A stretch of 64,000 nt of DNA from Opitutia bacterium. GTDB taxonomy: Bacteria > Verrucomicrobiota > Verrucomicrobiia > Opitutales > Opitutaceae. How positions within the stretch are numbered: position 1 is the first letter of the stretch; every line of letters begins with the position of its first letter. The stretch is taken from positions 608,001-672,000 of the forward strand of contig CANJVR010000002.1 of assembly GCA_947478395.1 (NCBI GenBank), in the 5' to 3' direction. Below the pieces are notes generated by a model. That model made no database searches, was not told the origin of the DNA, and saw only the letters and a list, made by a program, of their open reading frames with translations. Shown in pieces: positions 7,900-16,814 of this stretch. Made by a program: the position numbers and the translations under genes.

Positions 7900-9648
7900 T
7901 TGGAATCAGACAATAATTTTCCTATCAAATCTGTGCATAAACCATTCGCTGACAGCGAGCTGCTCGTCGACTCGCCACTGTCGCTTCAAACCGAGTCGAT
8001 CGCGACTAGGTCGGTCCACCGCGCAGCTAAGAACGTGAACTCGAAACCCGAACGCGACATCGGAGTACTGAAAATATTAATCGTGGGCACCCCGAAAACG
8101 GGGAATACTTGGCTGAAGTATTTATGTGCGGCGATCTATGACCTTCCGATGGTTCGCCTCGGGACCGTATTTTCGGTCGCGGAAGCAGAGTTAGCTGGTC
8201 CGCGTTGGGTCGCGCACCAGCATCTGCTTCCAACCCAGGAATTGATCGATTGGGGTCTACACAACCACGTGGTCTTTCTGAGCGCCGTTCGCCATCCGGG
8301 AGACGTGCTGGTTTCACTGTGGCACCACATTCGCAACAAAAAGCGAAAGGTCGCGACCGTTGATTTCACCGAGGCCTCGTCGATGGGATTAGACGAGGAA
8401 AATATCGCGGGCGAACATACCAGACAATTTCTTGAAGAAGGGTTTCATCTTTATCTGAACCTTTCCGTGGCTTGGCTGCGGTGCCCTCTCGCCAGGATGG
8501 TGCGATACGAATCGCTGTGGGATCGCCCGCTCGAGACATTACGCTCGCTGACCGACGCAATCCTTCCGGTCACGGATGAGCGTATTCATATGGCCATTTG
8601 TTCCTGCGAGCTGGCGCTCATGCAATCCTTGCTCGATCCTGAGAAGAAATTTTTGCGTCAGGGCGGAGTCGGCGCATGGCGATTGGCACTCCCGGACGAC
8701 TTGAAGCAAACGCTGACAAAGCTTGAGCCTTATCCGCAACAATTCCGGGCTCTTGGGTACACGATGGACGAAGACGATCAGGCCAACGCACTTCGGCCCA
8801 CGGCGGTTTCGGCACCCAGTCCCTTCGGCGCGAATAGAACGTTCAACAACGGGGTTCCGATCGTTCCGCTCCTGATGAAAGCCTACTTTGACGCGCCCCA
8901 ATCGTTGCGCTCACGCTGGCCGGACCCCCTTTCGACCGCGGATGATTCGTTTTACGCGTGGCTCAATCGTCCCGCCGCCGCCGTGTCGCAAGGTTCCAGC
9001 GCCGGGCCGGTAATCACAGAGTTGGCTTACTATATTCGTTCGGTGCGGCCTGACGTGCGCGAGGCGTTTCCGGATATTTCCACCACTGAACGCGGCCGGT
9101 TTAACGAATGGTTCTTGTTCGATGCGCGGAAAGAATACGGTCTTCCCCGCGCTTTTCTCAGCTCAAATCCGTTCTCGGACGAGAATCGATTCTCCGATGG
9201 CACGCCCGTAGCCCGCGTTGTATTGAGAGCATGGCTCGATCTTCCCGACGCGTTACGCCGAAACTGGCGCGATCCAGCTGAGGCCGGCGCAGGCTCGTTT
9301 TTGTCCTGGCTCAATTCACCCGCCAAGGCCGATCCAATCGCCGGAAAGATCGCCCCGATCGTTTCCGAACTTGGAGCCTACCTTTATAGCATCCGACCCG
9401 ACGTGGCGGCGGCGATGCCCGATATTTACGGCCAACACCGGGTCAGCTTCGCGCATTGGTTTCTTTACAGCGCACGGAAAGAATACGCCCTCGACCGTGC
9501 GTTCACGCTGCCGGTCATCCGCGCATGGGCGGAGTTGGCCGGTCAAATACCGACCTATTCTTTCGAACCAGCGCCGTCGGCCCGTGACTTTGAATCACAC
9601 GGTTCTCGCACCGCTACCCGCGCGGGCGGGGGGGGGGGGGGGGCTTGA
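7900..9648 (+). CDS. PAPS-dependent sulfotransferase domain fused to two ~114-aa tandem repeats
   Basis: 5'-PSB GTPKTGNTWLK, 3'-PB VRHPGDVLVSLWHH, RYE, and FLRQGGVGAWR (cf. RKGxxGDWK). C-terminal repeats at 8818-9159 and 9166-9507. True start may be GTG 8035. Confidence 0.8.
   Translation: MESDNNFPIKSVHKPFADSELLVDSPLSLQTESIATRSVHRAAKNVNSKPERDIGVLKILIVGTPKTGNTWLKYLCAAIYDLPMVRLGTVFSVAEAELAGPRWVAHQHLLPTQELIDWGLHNHVVFLSAVRHPGDVLVSLWHHIRNKKRKVATVDFTEASSMGLDEENIAGEHTRQFLEEGFHLYLNLSVAWLRCPLARMVRYESLWDRPLETLRSLTDAILPVTDERIHMAICSCELALMQSLLDPEKKFLRQGGVGAWRLALPDDLKQTLTKLEPYPQQFRALGYTMDEDDQANALRPTAVSAPSPFGANRTFNNGVPIVPLLMKAYFDAPQSLRSRWPDPLSTADDSFYAWLNRPAAAVSQGSSAGPVITELAYYIRSVRPDVREAFPDISTTERGRFNEWFLFDARKEYGLPRAFLSSNPFSDENRFSDGTPVARVVLRAWLDLPDALRRNWRDPAEAGAGSFLSWLNSPAKADPIAGKIAPIVSELGAYLYSIRPDVAAAMPDIYGQHRVSFAHWFLYSARKEYALDRAFTLPVIRAWAELAGQIPTYSFEPAPSARDFESHGSRTATRAGGGGGGA
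9628..9643 (+). repeat. G16 homopolymer at the 3' end of the sulfotransferase gene
   Basis: 16 consecutive G read directly from the sequence. Confidence 0.95.
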
Positions 9649-9652
9649 ACTT

Positions 9653-9685
9653 CGCGCCGGTTAACTAAAACCGCCGCGTTTTTTT
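9653..9685 (+). terminator. Possible intrinsic terminator
   Basis: CGCG-CC-GGTT aactaa AACC-GC-CGCG followed by T7, just after the stop codon. Confidence 0.4.
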
Positions 9686-9853
9686 CGCTTCATTGCCGTG
9701 GTTAGAACAAGTTTCCTGCGGGCGCGTTCGCGGGATTGAAGCCGGAAGAAACCTTTCTTTGGCCTCCTGACCTAGTGCCCGCGGTGACGGCGGGCTCGCA
9801 ACGGAGAGTACCGAACTTCGAGAGTGGTTTAAATTTTCCCCTGGCCGTTTTGC

Positions 9854-9922
9854 GTAGCGGCAGGCGTCGCTGCCTGCCGGGTTCGTCCCCTCCTTTTGGC
9901 CGGCAGGAACGCCTGCCGCTAC
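9854..9922. repeat. Inverted doublet of GTAG REP-like elements (GTAGCGGCAGGCGT family)
   Basis: GTAGCGGCAGGCGTCGCTGCCTGCCGG ... CCGGCAGGAACGCCTGCCGCTAC. Confidence 0.75.
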
Positions 9923-10132
9923 TTGGTTAGCGCCTACACTTTTGGTGATACTGCTCCTAGCTTTTCGTTGGAAAGGCTAAGGCGTCGGTTTTCAAAAATC
10001 CGCTTTGTGGCTGGCAACCGGCGTTAAAATCACCTGCCAGCGGTCGCCTCCGCTTGAGCGGACGCACCGGCGATTGAGACCTCCCGCCCTGCTTGACCCC
10101 GCCATCCGCGTCTCTAAAAAATTCTCCATCTC

Positions 10133-11632
10133 ATGAAGCATTCCACGCACGTCGAAAACCCCGACGTCATCCTCATCGGCAGCGGTGTCATGTCGGCCAA
10201 TCTCGGCACGCTGCTCAAACGGCTTGAGCCCAAGCTCACCATCCAGGTTTACGAGGGGACCGAGGATCTCGCCCAGGAAAGCTCGCACGGCTGGAACAAC
10301 GCGGGGACCGGCCACGCGGGGATTTGCGAGTTGAGCTACACCCCCCATCAAAATCCTGACGGCACCGTGGATGTTGAGAACGCGATCAAGATCTTCGAGC
10401 AGTTCGAGCGTTCCCGTCAGTTTTGGGCCTACGCCGTGGCCAGCGGGATGATCACGCGTCCCAAAGACTTCATCAATCCCGTGGCGCACGTCAGCTTCGT
10501 ACACGGCCAAAAGTGGGTCGACTATCTCCGCGCGCGCCACACCGCGATGGCGGCGCATCATTTTTTCCGCGACATGGAATTCTCCACCGATCGCGCGACG
10601 ATTGCCGGCTGGTCTCCGCTGCTGACCGAAGGCCGGGGCGAAGTGCCGATCGCTGCGACCAAGATGGATTCCGGGACCGATGTGAACTTCGGCGAGATTT
10701 CCCGCAAACTGCTCGGCTGGCTCGGCCAGCAGCCCGGCTGCGGCATCGCGTCGAGTCACCGCGTGGTCGATCTCGATCGAACCAGCGGCGGCTGGGACGT
10801 CACGATCCGCGATCTTTCGACCGGCGCGACCCGTCGCAATCGCGCCAAATTCGTGTTCGTTGGCGCGGGCGGCGGCAGCCTTAAACTCCTTCAGAAATCA
10901 GGCATTCCGGAAAGCAAGGGTATCGGCGGCTTCCCCATCGGAGGGCAATGGCTCGTGTGCGACGACCCGGCCATCGTGAACCGCCATCAGGCGAAGGTTT
11001 ACGGCCAGCCCCTCGACGCGGCGCCGACCATGGCCGTGCCGCATCTCGACACGCGGATTCTCGACGGGAAAAAAACGCTGCTGTTCGGGCCGTTTGCCGC
11101 GTGGACCACGAAATTCCTCCATCGCAAAGGCAGTGTTTGGGATCTCCCCGGCTCCATCAAACCGCACAATCTCGCCACGTTGCTCAAGATCGGCGCAACC
11201 AACATTCCCCTCGTCCGCTACCTCGTACAACAAGGCACCCAGAGCATGGATGATCGCATGGAGGTCCTGCATGTTTTCTATCCCGCGGCCAAAAAATCCG
11301 ACTGGAAACTAATCGACGCCGGCATTCGCGTGCAGGCGATCAAGAAGACCGACGGCGAGGCCGGCATCGTGCACTACGGCACCGAAGTGATCACCAACTC
11401 GGATCGCTCGATCTCCGCGCTGCTCGGGGCATCGCCGGGCGCGTCGGTGTCGGTGCACATTGTCCTCGAAGTTTTGAAGCTTTGTTTCCCGCAAATCCTC
11501 GAGAGCGCCGCAGGCAAGGCGCGCATGAAGGAAATGATTCCGACGTACGACACCGACATCAAACTCCCGGAGAACGCCGCGCGCTTCAGCGAACTGAGCC
11601 ACGAAGCCAGTGTGAATCTCCAGCTGGCATGA
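10133..11632 (+). CDS. mqo: Malate:quinone oxidoreductase
   Basis: LIGSGVMSANLG, ESSHGWNNAGTGHAGICELSYTP, FVGAGGGSL, VPHLDTR, LLGASPGAS. Confidence 0.96.
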   Translation: MKHSTHVENPDVILIGSGVMSANLGTLLKRLEPKLTIQVYEGTEDLAQESSHGWNNAGTGHAGICELSYTPHQNPDGTVDVENAIKIFEQFERSRQFWAYAVASGMITRPKDFINPVAHVSFVHGQKWVDYLRARHTAMAAHHFFRDMEFSTDRATIAGWSPLLTEGRGEVPIAATKMDSGTDVNFGEISRKLLGWLGQQPGCGIASSHRVVDLDRTSGGWDVTIRDLSTGATRRNRAKFVFVGAGGGSLKLLQKSGIPESKGIGGFPIGGQWLVCDDPAIVNRHQAKVYGQPLDAAPTMAVPHLDTRILDGKKTLLFGPFAAWTTKFLHRKGSVWDLPGSIKPHNLATLLKIGATNIPLVRYLVQQGTQSMDDRMEVLHVFYPAAKKSDWKLIDAGIRVQAIKKTDGEAGIVHYGTEVITNSDRSISALLGASPGASVSVHIVLEVLKLCFPQILESAAGKARMKEMIPTYDTDIKLPENAARFSELSHEASVNLQLA

Positions 11633-11846
11633 ATGAACCGGAAAAGGACTGCAGCGTGACGCACCGAGGAAAGGGAGCGCAGCGACGGCGATAGGAAGGG
11701 GCTGAAAGCCTTCTCGCGTCCGCCTCCTCACGGCGCCTTTTTTAAGAATGAAAAATCCGATTTACGGCCTCCTTTCTCCATGCCCGCTGGGTCGGCCTAC
11801 CGTGATCTCGGTGTAACCCGTCCGGCTTCCCCTTCCCCATCCTCCC

Positions 11847-13286
11847 ATGGCCACCCCTAAAACCATCTACGCCGCGGCGATCGATCTCGGCGCCACCAGC
11901 GGCCGCGTCATTCTCGGCATCTGGGCAAAAAACAAACTCTCGCTCAACGAGGTACATCGCTTCCCGAACACGTTCCGCTCCCTCGGCCCGAACGACTACT
12001 GGGACATCGGTACGCTCTGGCACGAGGTGCAGACCGGTTTGCGCAAAGCCGCCGCCACTCTGCCTCGTGGCGCGAGCCTCGCTTCGGTCGGCGTCGACAC
12101 GTGGGGCGTCGACTATGCCCTCGTCAACGACGCGGGCCGGCTGGTGTTTCCCGTTCACGCCTACCGCGACGCCCGTACGCAGCCCGGTCTGAAACATCTC
12201 GGCCATACGCGGGCGGCGCTCGATCGCGTCTACGCCGCGACCGGCATGCCGAACTCCTTTTATAACTCTTCGCTCCAACTCGCCGAGGCCGTCGCCACCT
12301 GCCCCGCGATCGAGGACCTCGCCACGCGTTGCCTGTTTCTACCCGACTATTTCAACTTCCTCCTTTCCGGCCGGATGGCGAACGAGCTGTCGATCGCCAG
12401 CACCTCGCAACTGATCGATGTCCACGCCCCCGATTGGTCGCGCACCACCCTCGATTATTTTCGCGTCCCACCCCAGTGGTTTTCAAAACCCGTAATCGCG
12501 GGGACCAAGCTGGGGCGGGTTAAAAAAATTCCCGGCCTCGAATCCGCGCAGGTCATCGCTGTGCCGGGCCACGATACCGCGTGCGCCTATGCGGCGATGC
12601 CCGCGGCTGAGGACGGCTCGGATCTTTTTCTCAGCTCCGGCACCTGGTCACTGGTCGGTTTTGAGAGCGACACTCCGGTGCTCGGCGCTGAAGCCCTCGC
12701 CGCGCGCATTTCCAACCAACGGCTCGGCGACGGTCGGTATTGTCCGATCACAAACGTCATCGGCCTCTGGCTGCTCGAGGGCACGATGAAGGATTTCGCC
12801 TCGCGCCCGTCCAACGACCGCGAGTGGGCCGCTCTCATCACGGCGGCCGAAAAACTGCCCGCACCCGCGACGCTGCTCGACGTTACTGATCCCACGTTTG
12901 CAAATCCTGTTTCAATGAAGGCGGCAATCGATGCGCAGTTGAAACGCCGTAAACTTGCGGCACCCAAAAATCTCGCCGCTTACACCCGGCTCATCTGCGA
13001 CTCGCTGGGCCGCGGTCATGCGGACGCCAAGGCGGTCTTTGAGCGCCTGACCAGACGGAAATTCAACCGCGTCCTCATGGTCGGCGGCGGCTCGAAAAAC
13101 CGGCTGCTGTGCCAGGCCACCGCGAACGCGACGGGCCTGCCCGTCGTGTCGTTCAACCTCGAGGGCACCGCCGTGGGCAATCTCGCCAGCCAGCTCATCG
13201 CCCTCGGCGCCGTGAAAGACCTCCGGACCTTTCGCCGGCTTTTGGGCGCGACCCTAAAACGGAAAATCTACGAACCAGTAAAGTGA
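11847..13286 (+). CDS. rhaB: Rhamnulokinase-family FGGY kinase
   Basis: AIDLGATSGRV, EVHRFPN, GVDTWGVDY, YRD.RT, GHDTACA, SSGTWSLVG, VGGGSKN. Confidence 0.85.
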   Translation: MATPKTIYAAAIDLGATSGRVILGIWAKNKLSLNEVHRFPNTFRSLGPNDYWDIGTLWHEVQTGLRKAAATLPRGASLASVGVDTWGVDYALVNDAGRLVFPVHAYRDARTQPGLKHLGHTRAALDRVYAATGMPNSFYNSSLQLAEAVATCPAIEDLATRCLFLPDYFNFLLSGRMANELSIASTSQLIDVHAPDWSRTTLDYFRVPPQWFSKPVIAGTKLGRVKKIPGLESAQVIAVPGHDTACAYAAMPAAEDGSDLFLSSGTWSLVGFESDTPVLGAEALAARISNQRLGDGRYCPITNVIGLWLLEGTMKDFASRPSNDREWAALITAAEKLPAPATLLDVTDPTFANPVSMKAAIDAQLKRRKLAAPKNLAAYTRLICDSLGRGHADAKAVFERLTRRKFNRVLMVGGGSKNRLLCQATANATGLPVVSFNLEGTAVGNLASQLIALGAVKDLRTFRRLLGATLKRKIYEPVK

Positions 13287-13567
13287 TCCAGGTAACTTTG
13301 CGGCGCTGCTCACACCGGTGATTACCGGACTCAGCGGAAGCGGGGTTCGCGGTACTCCGTCCTAATTTTGGGGAGCCGTATTCCCGAGATTTCTTTGGCG
13401 GTAAATAAACCGAATGGCGCAGTTTTACCGCCGACGCGGATAAGATCACACGCCGGCCCCGGCCAGCGTGAGGATGAATAAATCCCACCAAGGTTGGCGT
13501 CGGTCGGAAACGACCTCGGGCCGATCACCCGCGGCTGCGGCTCGCCTCACCGAGCAAGCGATACCGA

Positions 13568-13590
13568 ACCGGCGCGTGAGCGATAACGCG
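13568..13590 (+). repeat. Dispersed palindromic repeat (copy 2; copy 1 at 6514-6536)
   Basis: 21/23 identity to 6514-6536. Confidence 0.6.
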
Positions 13591-13610
13591 GCCTTCCTTT
13601 TCAGCGCGAG

Positions 13611-15635
13611 CTACCAAATGTTCACGCGCTCAGTCGCGGGCCGGCGCATGGGAGCGCCCTCCGGGACGGCAAACGCCTTGGCGAATTCATCGAGGTTCGA
13701 GAGCGGGCCGTTGGCGCGAAATTCCGACGGAGAATGGGGATCGGTGTTCACCAGCAGACGCTGCCGTTCGGGGCGCATATTGTTGCGCCAGACCGTGGCC
13801 CAACTCAGGAAAAAGCGCTGCTCCGGAGTGAAACCGTCAATCGGCACGCGAGGTTTGTCCGCGAGCGCTTTCTCCAGCGCATAATATGCGATCTTCGCCC
13901 CGCCGAGATCCGCGATATTTTCGCCCTGCGTGAGCTCGCCGTTGACGTGCAGCCCGGGCAACGGTTCGTACGCGGCAAACTGCTGCACGACCGCGGAGGT
14001 GCGGGCCTTGAATTTATTCGTACTTTCTTCGCTCCACCAATTATTGAGATTCCCTTTCGCGTCGTAGAGGCTGCCCTTGTCGTCGAAGCCGTGGGTCATC
14101 TCGTGCCCGATCACGGCTCCGATGCCGCCGTAGTTTACGGCGTCGTCCGCTTTGAAATCGAAGAACGGCGGTTGCAAAATGCCCGCCGGAAAAACGATCT
14201 CGTTATTGGTGGGACGATAGTAGGCGTTGACGGTTGGCGGCGTCATACCCCATTCGGTGCGATCGACGGCCTGGCCGATCCGGGCGAGCCGGCGCGAGAC
14301 ATCGAAGGCATCGGTGCGCATGACGTTGCCGAAATAATCGTCGCGGGATATTTTCATCCCGCTGTAGTCGATCCATTTTTCGGGATAACCGATTTTTACC
14401 CCGAACGCGGCCAGCTTCTCCCGCGCTTTGACCTTGGTCGGCGCATCCATCCAGTCGAGCGCAGTGAGGCGTTCGCCGAGCGAAGCCCGCAGATCCTCGA
14501 TCAGCTTGGCCATACGTTTCTTCGCTTCGGGTGGAAAATACTCGGCGACGTAGAGCTGGCCGAGCCCTTCGCCAAGCCCGCCGCCTCCGCGACCGCCATC
14601 GATCGCGGCGAGGACGCGTTTCCAGCGTGGCCGCATTTCCGACACGCCGTTGAGCACCGTGCTATTAAAGGCAAAACTCTCGCGCACAAAAGCCTCGCTC
14701 AAATGGGGCGCGGCGTAGCGCACGAGGTGCCAGCGCAAATAAGCCTGCCAGTCGGCGACCGGGGTCGTGATTAGAACGGTTTCGAACGCCTTGATAAATT
14801 CCGGATGAGCCAGGTTTACTTCGTCAAACGGCGGAGCGCCGCGCTCGGTCAGAAAAAGCTGAAAGTCGATTCCGGGCGTGCGCGCGGCCGCGTCGCTCAG
14901 CTTCATTTTGTGATAGCTGCGATACGGATCGCGCAGTTGAACCGCCGAGAGCGCGGCAAACGCGAGTTTGGTTTCCAGCGCCATCGTCGCCTGCGCGGAA
15001 TTGCTCGCGGCATCGCGCGGTTCCCCGAGCAACACGAACAAATTGACGATATGCGCGAGGTACTGCTGACGAATTTTCAGGGACTTTTCGTCGTCGTTAA
15101 AATAGTAGCCCCGTTCCGGCAGTCCAAGTCCGCCCTGGCCAAGCCTCGCGATTTCACGATCGCTCTGCTTCTGGTCGGAAACACTGCCGAACGAAAACCC
15201 GCAGGAAACTCCGAACGATTGAAGATGCGCAATGGCCTTCAGGACGTCGGTGGGCGACTGCAACGCGGCGATTCGATCGAGTTCCAGTTGAAGCGGGCGC
15301 ATCCCGGCGGCGTTGATCGCGGCCTCGTCGATTCCGCTCGCGTAGAAATCGCCGACCATTTTCTCCACCGGCGTTGCACCCGCGGTTTTGGCCGCGACGC
15401 GCTCGCAGATCGCCCGGAGATTCATTTGGTTGCGCTCCGCCAGTTCGCTGAAACTCCCCCAGCTCGCCTGGTCGCCGGGAATGGGATTATTCTTCAGCCA
15501 GTTCCCGTTGGCGTACCGATAGAAATCATCCTGCGGTTTGGTCTCCGGCGCGAAATTCTTGAGCTCAATTTCGGCCTTCGCCGCGAGCGCGAGAACGAAT
15601 AAAATGGCGAACCCGGTCGTGGTCCTTCGATTCAT
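13611..15635 (-). CDS. Secreted M13-family (neprilysin/PepO) zinc metallopeptidase
   Basis: Signal peptide, PQDDFYRYANG, VNAYY, GHEMTHGFDD, GENIADLGG, DPHSP; start ATG 15635. Confidence 0.93.
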   Translation of the reverse strand: MNRRTTTGFAILFVLALAAKAEIELKNFAPETKPQDDFYRYANGNWLKNNPIPGDQASWGSFSELAERNQMNLRAICERVAAKTAGATPVEKMVGDFYASGIDEAAINAAGMRPLQLELDRIAALQSPTDVLKAIAHLQSFGVSCGFSFGSVSDQKQSDREIARLGQGGLGLPERGYYFNDDEKSLKIRQQYLAHIVNLFVLLGEPRDAASNSAQATMALETKLAFAALSAVQLRDPYRSYHKMKLSDAAARTPGIDFQLFLTERGAPPFDEVNLAHPEFIKAFETVLITTPVADWQAYLRWHLVRYAAPHLSEAFVRESFAFNSTVLNGVSEMRPRWKRVLAAIDGGRGGGGLGEGLGQLYVAEYFPPEAKKRMAKLIEDLRASLGERLTALDWMDAPTKVKAREKLAAFGVKIGYPEKWIDYSGMKISRDDYFGNVMRTDAFDVSRRLARIGQAVDRTEWGMTPPTVNAYYRPTNNEIVFPAGILQPPFFDFKADDAVNYGGIGAVIGHEMTHGFDDKGSLYDAKGNLNNWWSEESTNKFKARTSAVVQQFAAYEPLPGLHVNGELTQGENIADLGGAKIAYYALEKALADKPRVPIDGFTPEQRFFLSWATVWRNNMRPERQRLLVNTDPHSPSEFRANGPLSNLDEFAKAFAVPEGAPMRRPATERVNIW

Positions 15636-15752
15636 GATGGGACGATTCCCGATCGCCCACCCCAAGCAAGCGCGCTTTTTTTAGCGATCGTGGGTGCAGC
15701 GCCGCCGCCCGGTTTCAGGGATCCTGCACCGCTGCATTCAACTGCGATTTGA

Positions 15753-16688
15753 TCAGTTCCGTCCGGACAGTTTAGCCCGGATCTGCCCATAGATTTTTTC
15801 AAGTTCGGGCATCGGCACGCCGAGCTGCTTGGCGCGCAACAACGGCTCACCCCAGATGGCTTCAAGCTCAACCGCCCGGCCCGCGAGAAAATCGACGAGG
15901 CTGGACGGCTGGTAGGCGCCCATCGGGGGCGTAACGTCGAGCTGCGACTGGATGAATTGTTCTGGGACCGAAAAACCAAAGGCGCGGGCCGCCATTGCGA
16001 CCTCGTCCATCAGAGTGCGAGCGCGTTGCCGCAGGATGGGATCCGCCATGATCCGGTCGGTCGTAATGCCCCCGGCCGCGATCGCGAGGCCGTTGAACGG
16101 CACATTCCAGATCAATTTCCGCCAGCGGGCCTCGGCTAGATTCTCGACGGCGAGGCAGTTGACGCCTGCCGCCTTAAACCATGCGGCGATGGCCCGGCTG
16201 CGATCCGACGCGGGCCGGCCGAATTCGCCGAGAGTGATCGACCCCGGCGTGTGAAAGCCGCGGAGTTCGCCGGGGGCGACCCGATTCACCGCGATGAAAC
16301 AAAGACCGCCGAGTACGCGCTCTGCGCCCACAAGCGCGGCAAGAAATTCCTCGTTGCCAAGGCCGTTCTGCAACGTAACGACCACCGTCTGCGGGCCCAG
16401 CAAGGGCGGCAGCATCCGCGCGAGTTCGGCATTGGCCGTGGTCTTCAGCGTGATGATGACGATATCCACGGGACCGATCTCCCCGGTCGTAGCGAACGCG
16501 GCGACATCCGCGAGGTGACGCGTGCCGTCCTTTTCGTGCAACGTCAGCCCACGCTCGCGCACCGCACTGAGTTCACCGCGCAGGAGAAAACGCACGTCGT
16601 TGCCCGCGAGCGCCAGCCGCGCTCCGTAGTAGCTGCCGAGCGCACCGGCACCAACGATTGCGAATGATGGAGATGAATTCCGGACCAC
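15753..16688 (-). CDS. panE: 2-dehydropantoate 2-reductase (ApbA/PanE family)
   Basis: AIVGAGALGSYYG, LQNGLG, WRKLIWNVPFN, SSLVD, ELEAIWG; start uncertain (GTG 16688). Confidence 0.85.
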   Translation of the reverse strand: MVRNSSPSFAIVGAGALGSYYGARLALAGNDVRFLLRGELSAVRERGLTLHEKDGTRHLADVAAFATTGEIGPVDIVIITLKTTANAELARMLPPLLGPQTVVVTLQNGLGNEEFLAALVGAERVLGGLCFIAVNRVAPGELRGFHTPGSITLGEFGRPASDRSRAIAAWFKAAGVNCLAVENLAEARWRKLIWNVPFNGLAIAAGGITTDRIMADPILRQRARTLMDEVAMAARAFGFSVPEQFIQSQLDVTPPMGAYQPSSLVDFLAGRAVELEAIWGEPLLRAKQLGVPMPELEKIYGQIRAKLSGRN

Positions 16689-16754
16689 AGGACACAAGGG
16701 ACACAGGGGGCTTCGGCGAGACAACCCCGTCTTTTTCCCCGTCGGCGCGATACC

Positions 16755-16776
16755 GTAGGTCAGCGCACTGACCTAC
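16755..16776. repeat. GTAG...CTAC palindrome (REP-like)
   Basis: GTAGGTCAG-CGCA-CTGACCTAC, a perfect 9-bp stem. Confidence 0.6.
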
Positions 16777-16814
16777 GGGCGAAGGTTACGCGGAACGGCG
16801 CGTGGCCCCTCTCG

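Noticed and set aside
9690..10130. Long leader before mqo as a possible riboswitch or small ORF (9736-9930)
   Set aside because: No aptamer consensus recognised; the main structure is the REP doublet.
13290..13560. Short ORFs and a GGCGGTAAA/TTTACCGCC hairpin between rhaB and the M13 peptidase
   Set aside because: No coding signal; the hairpin alone is insufficient to call a feature.
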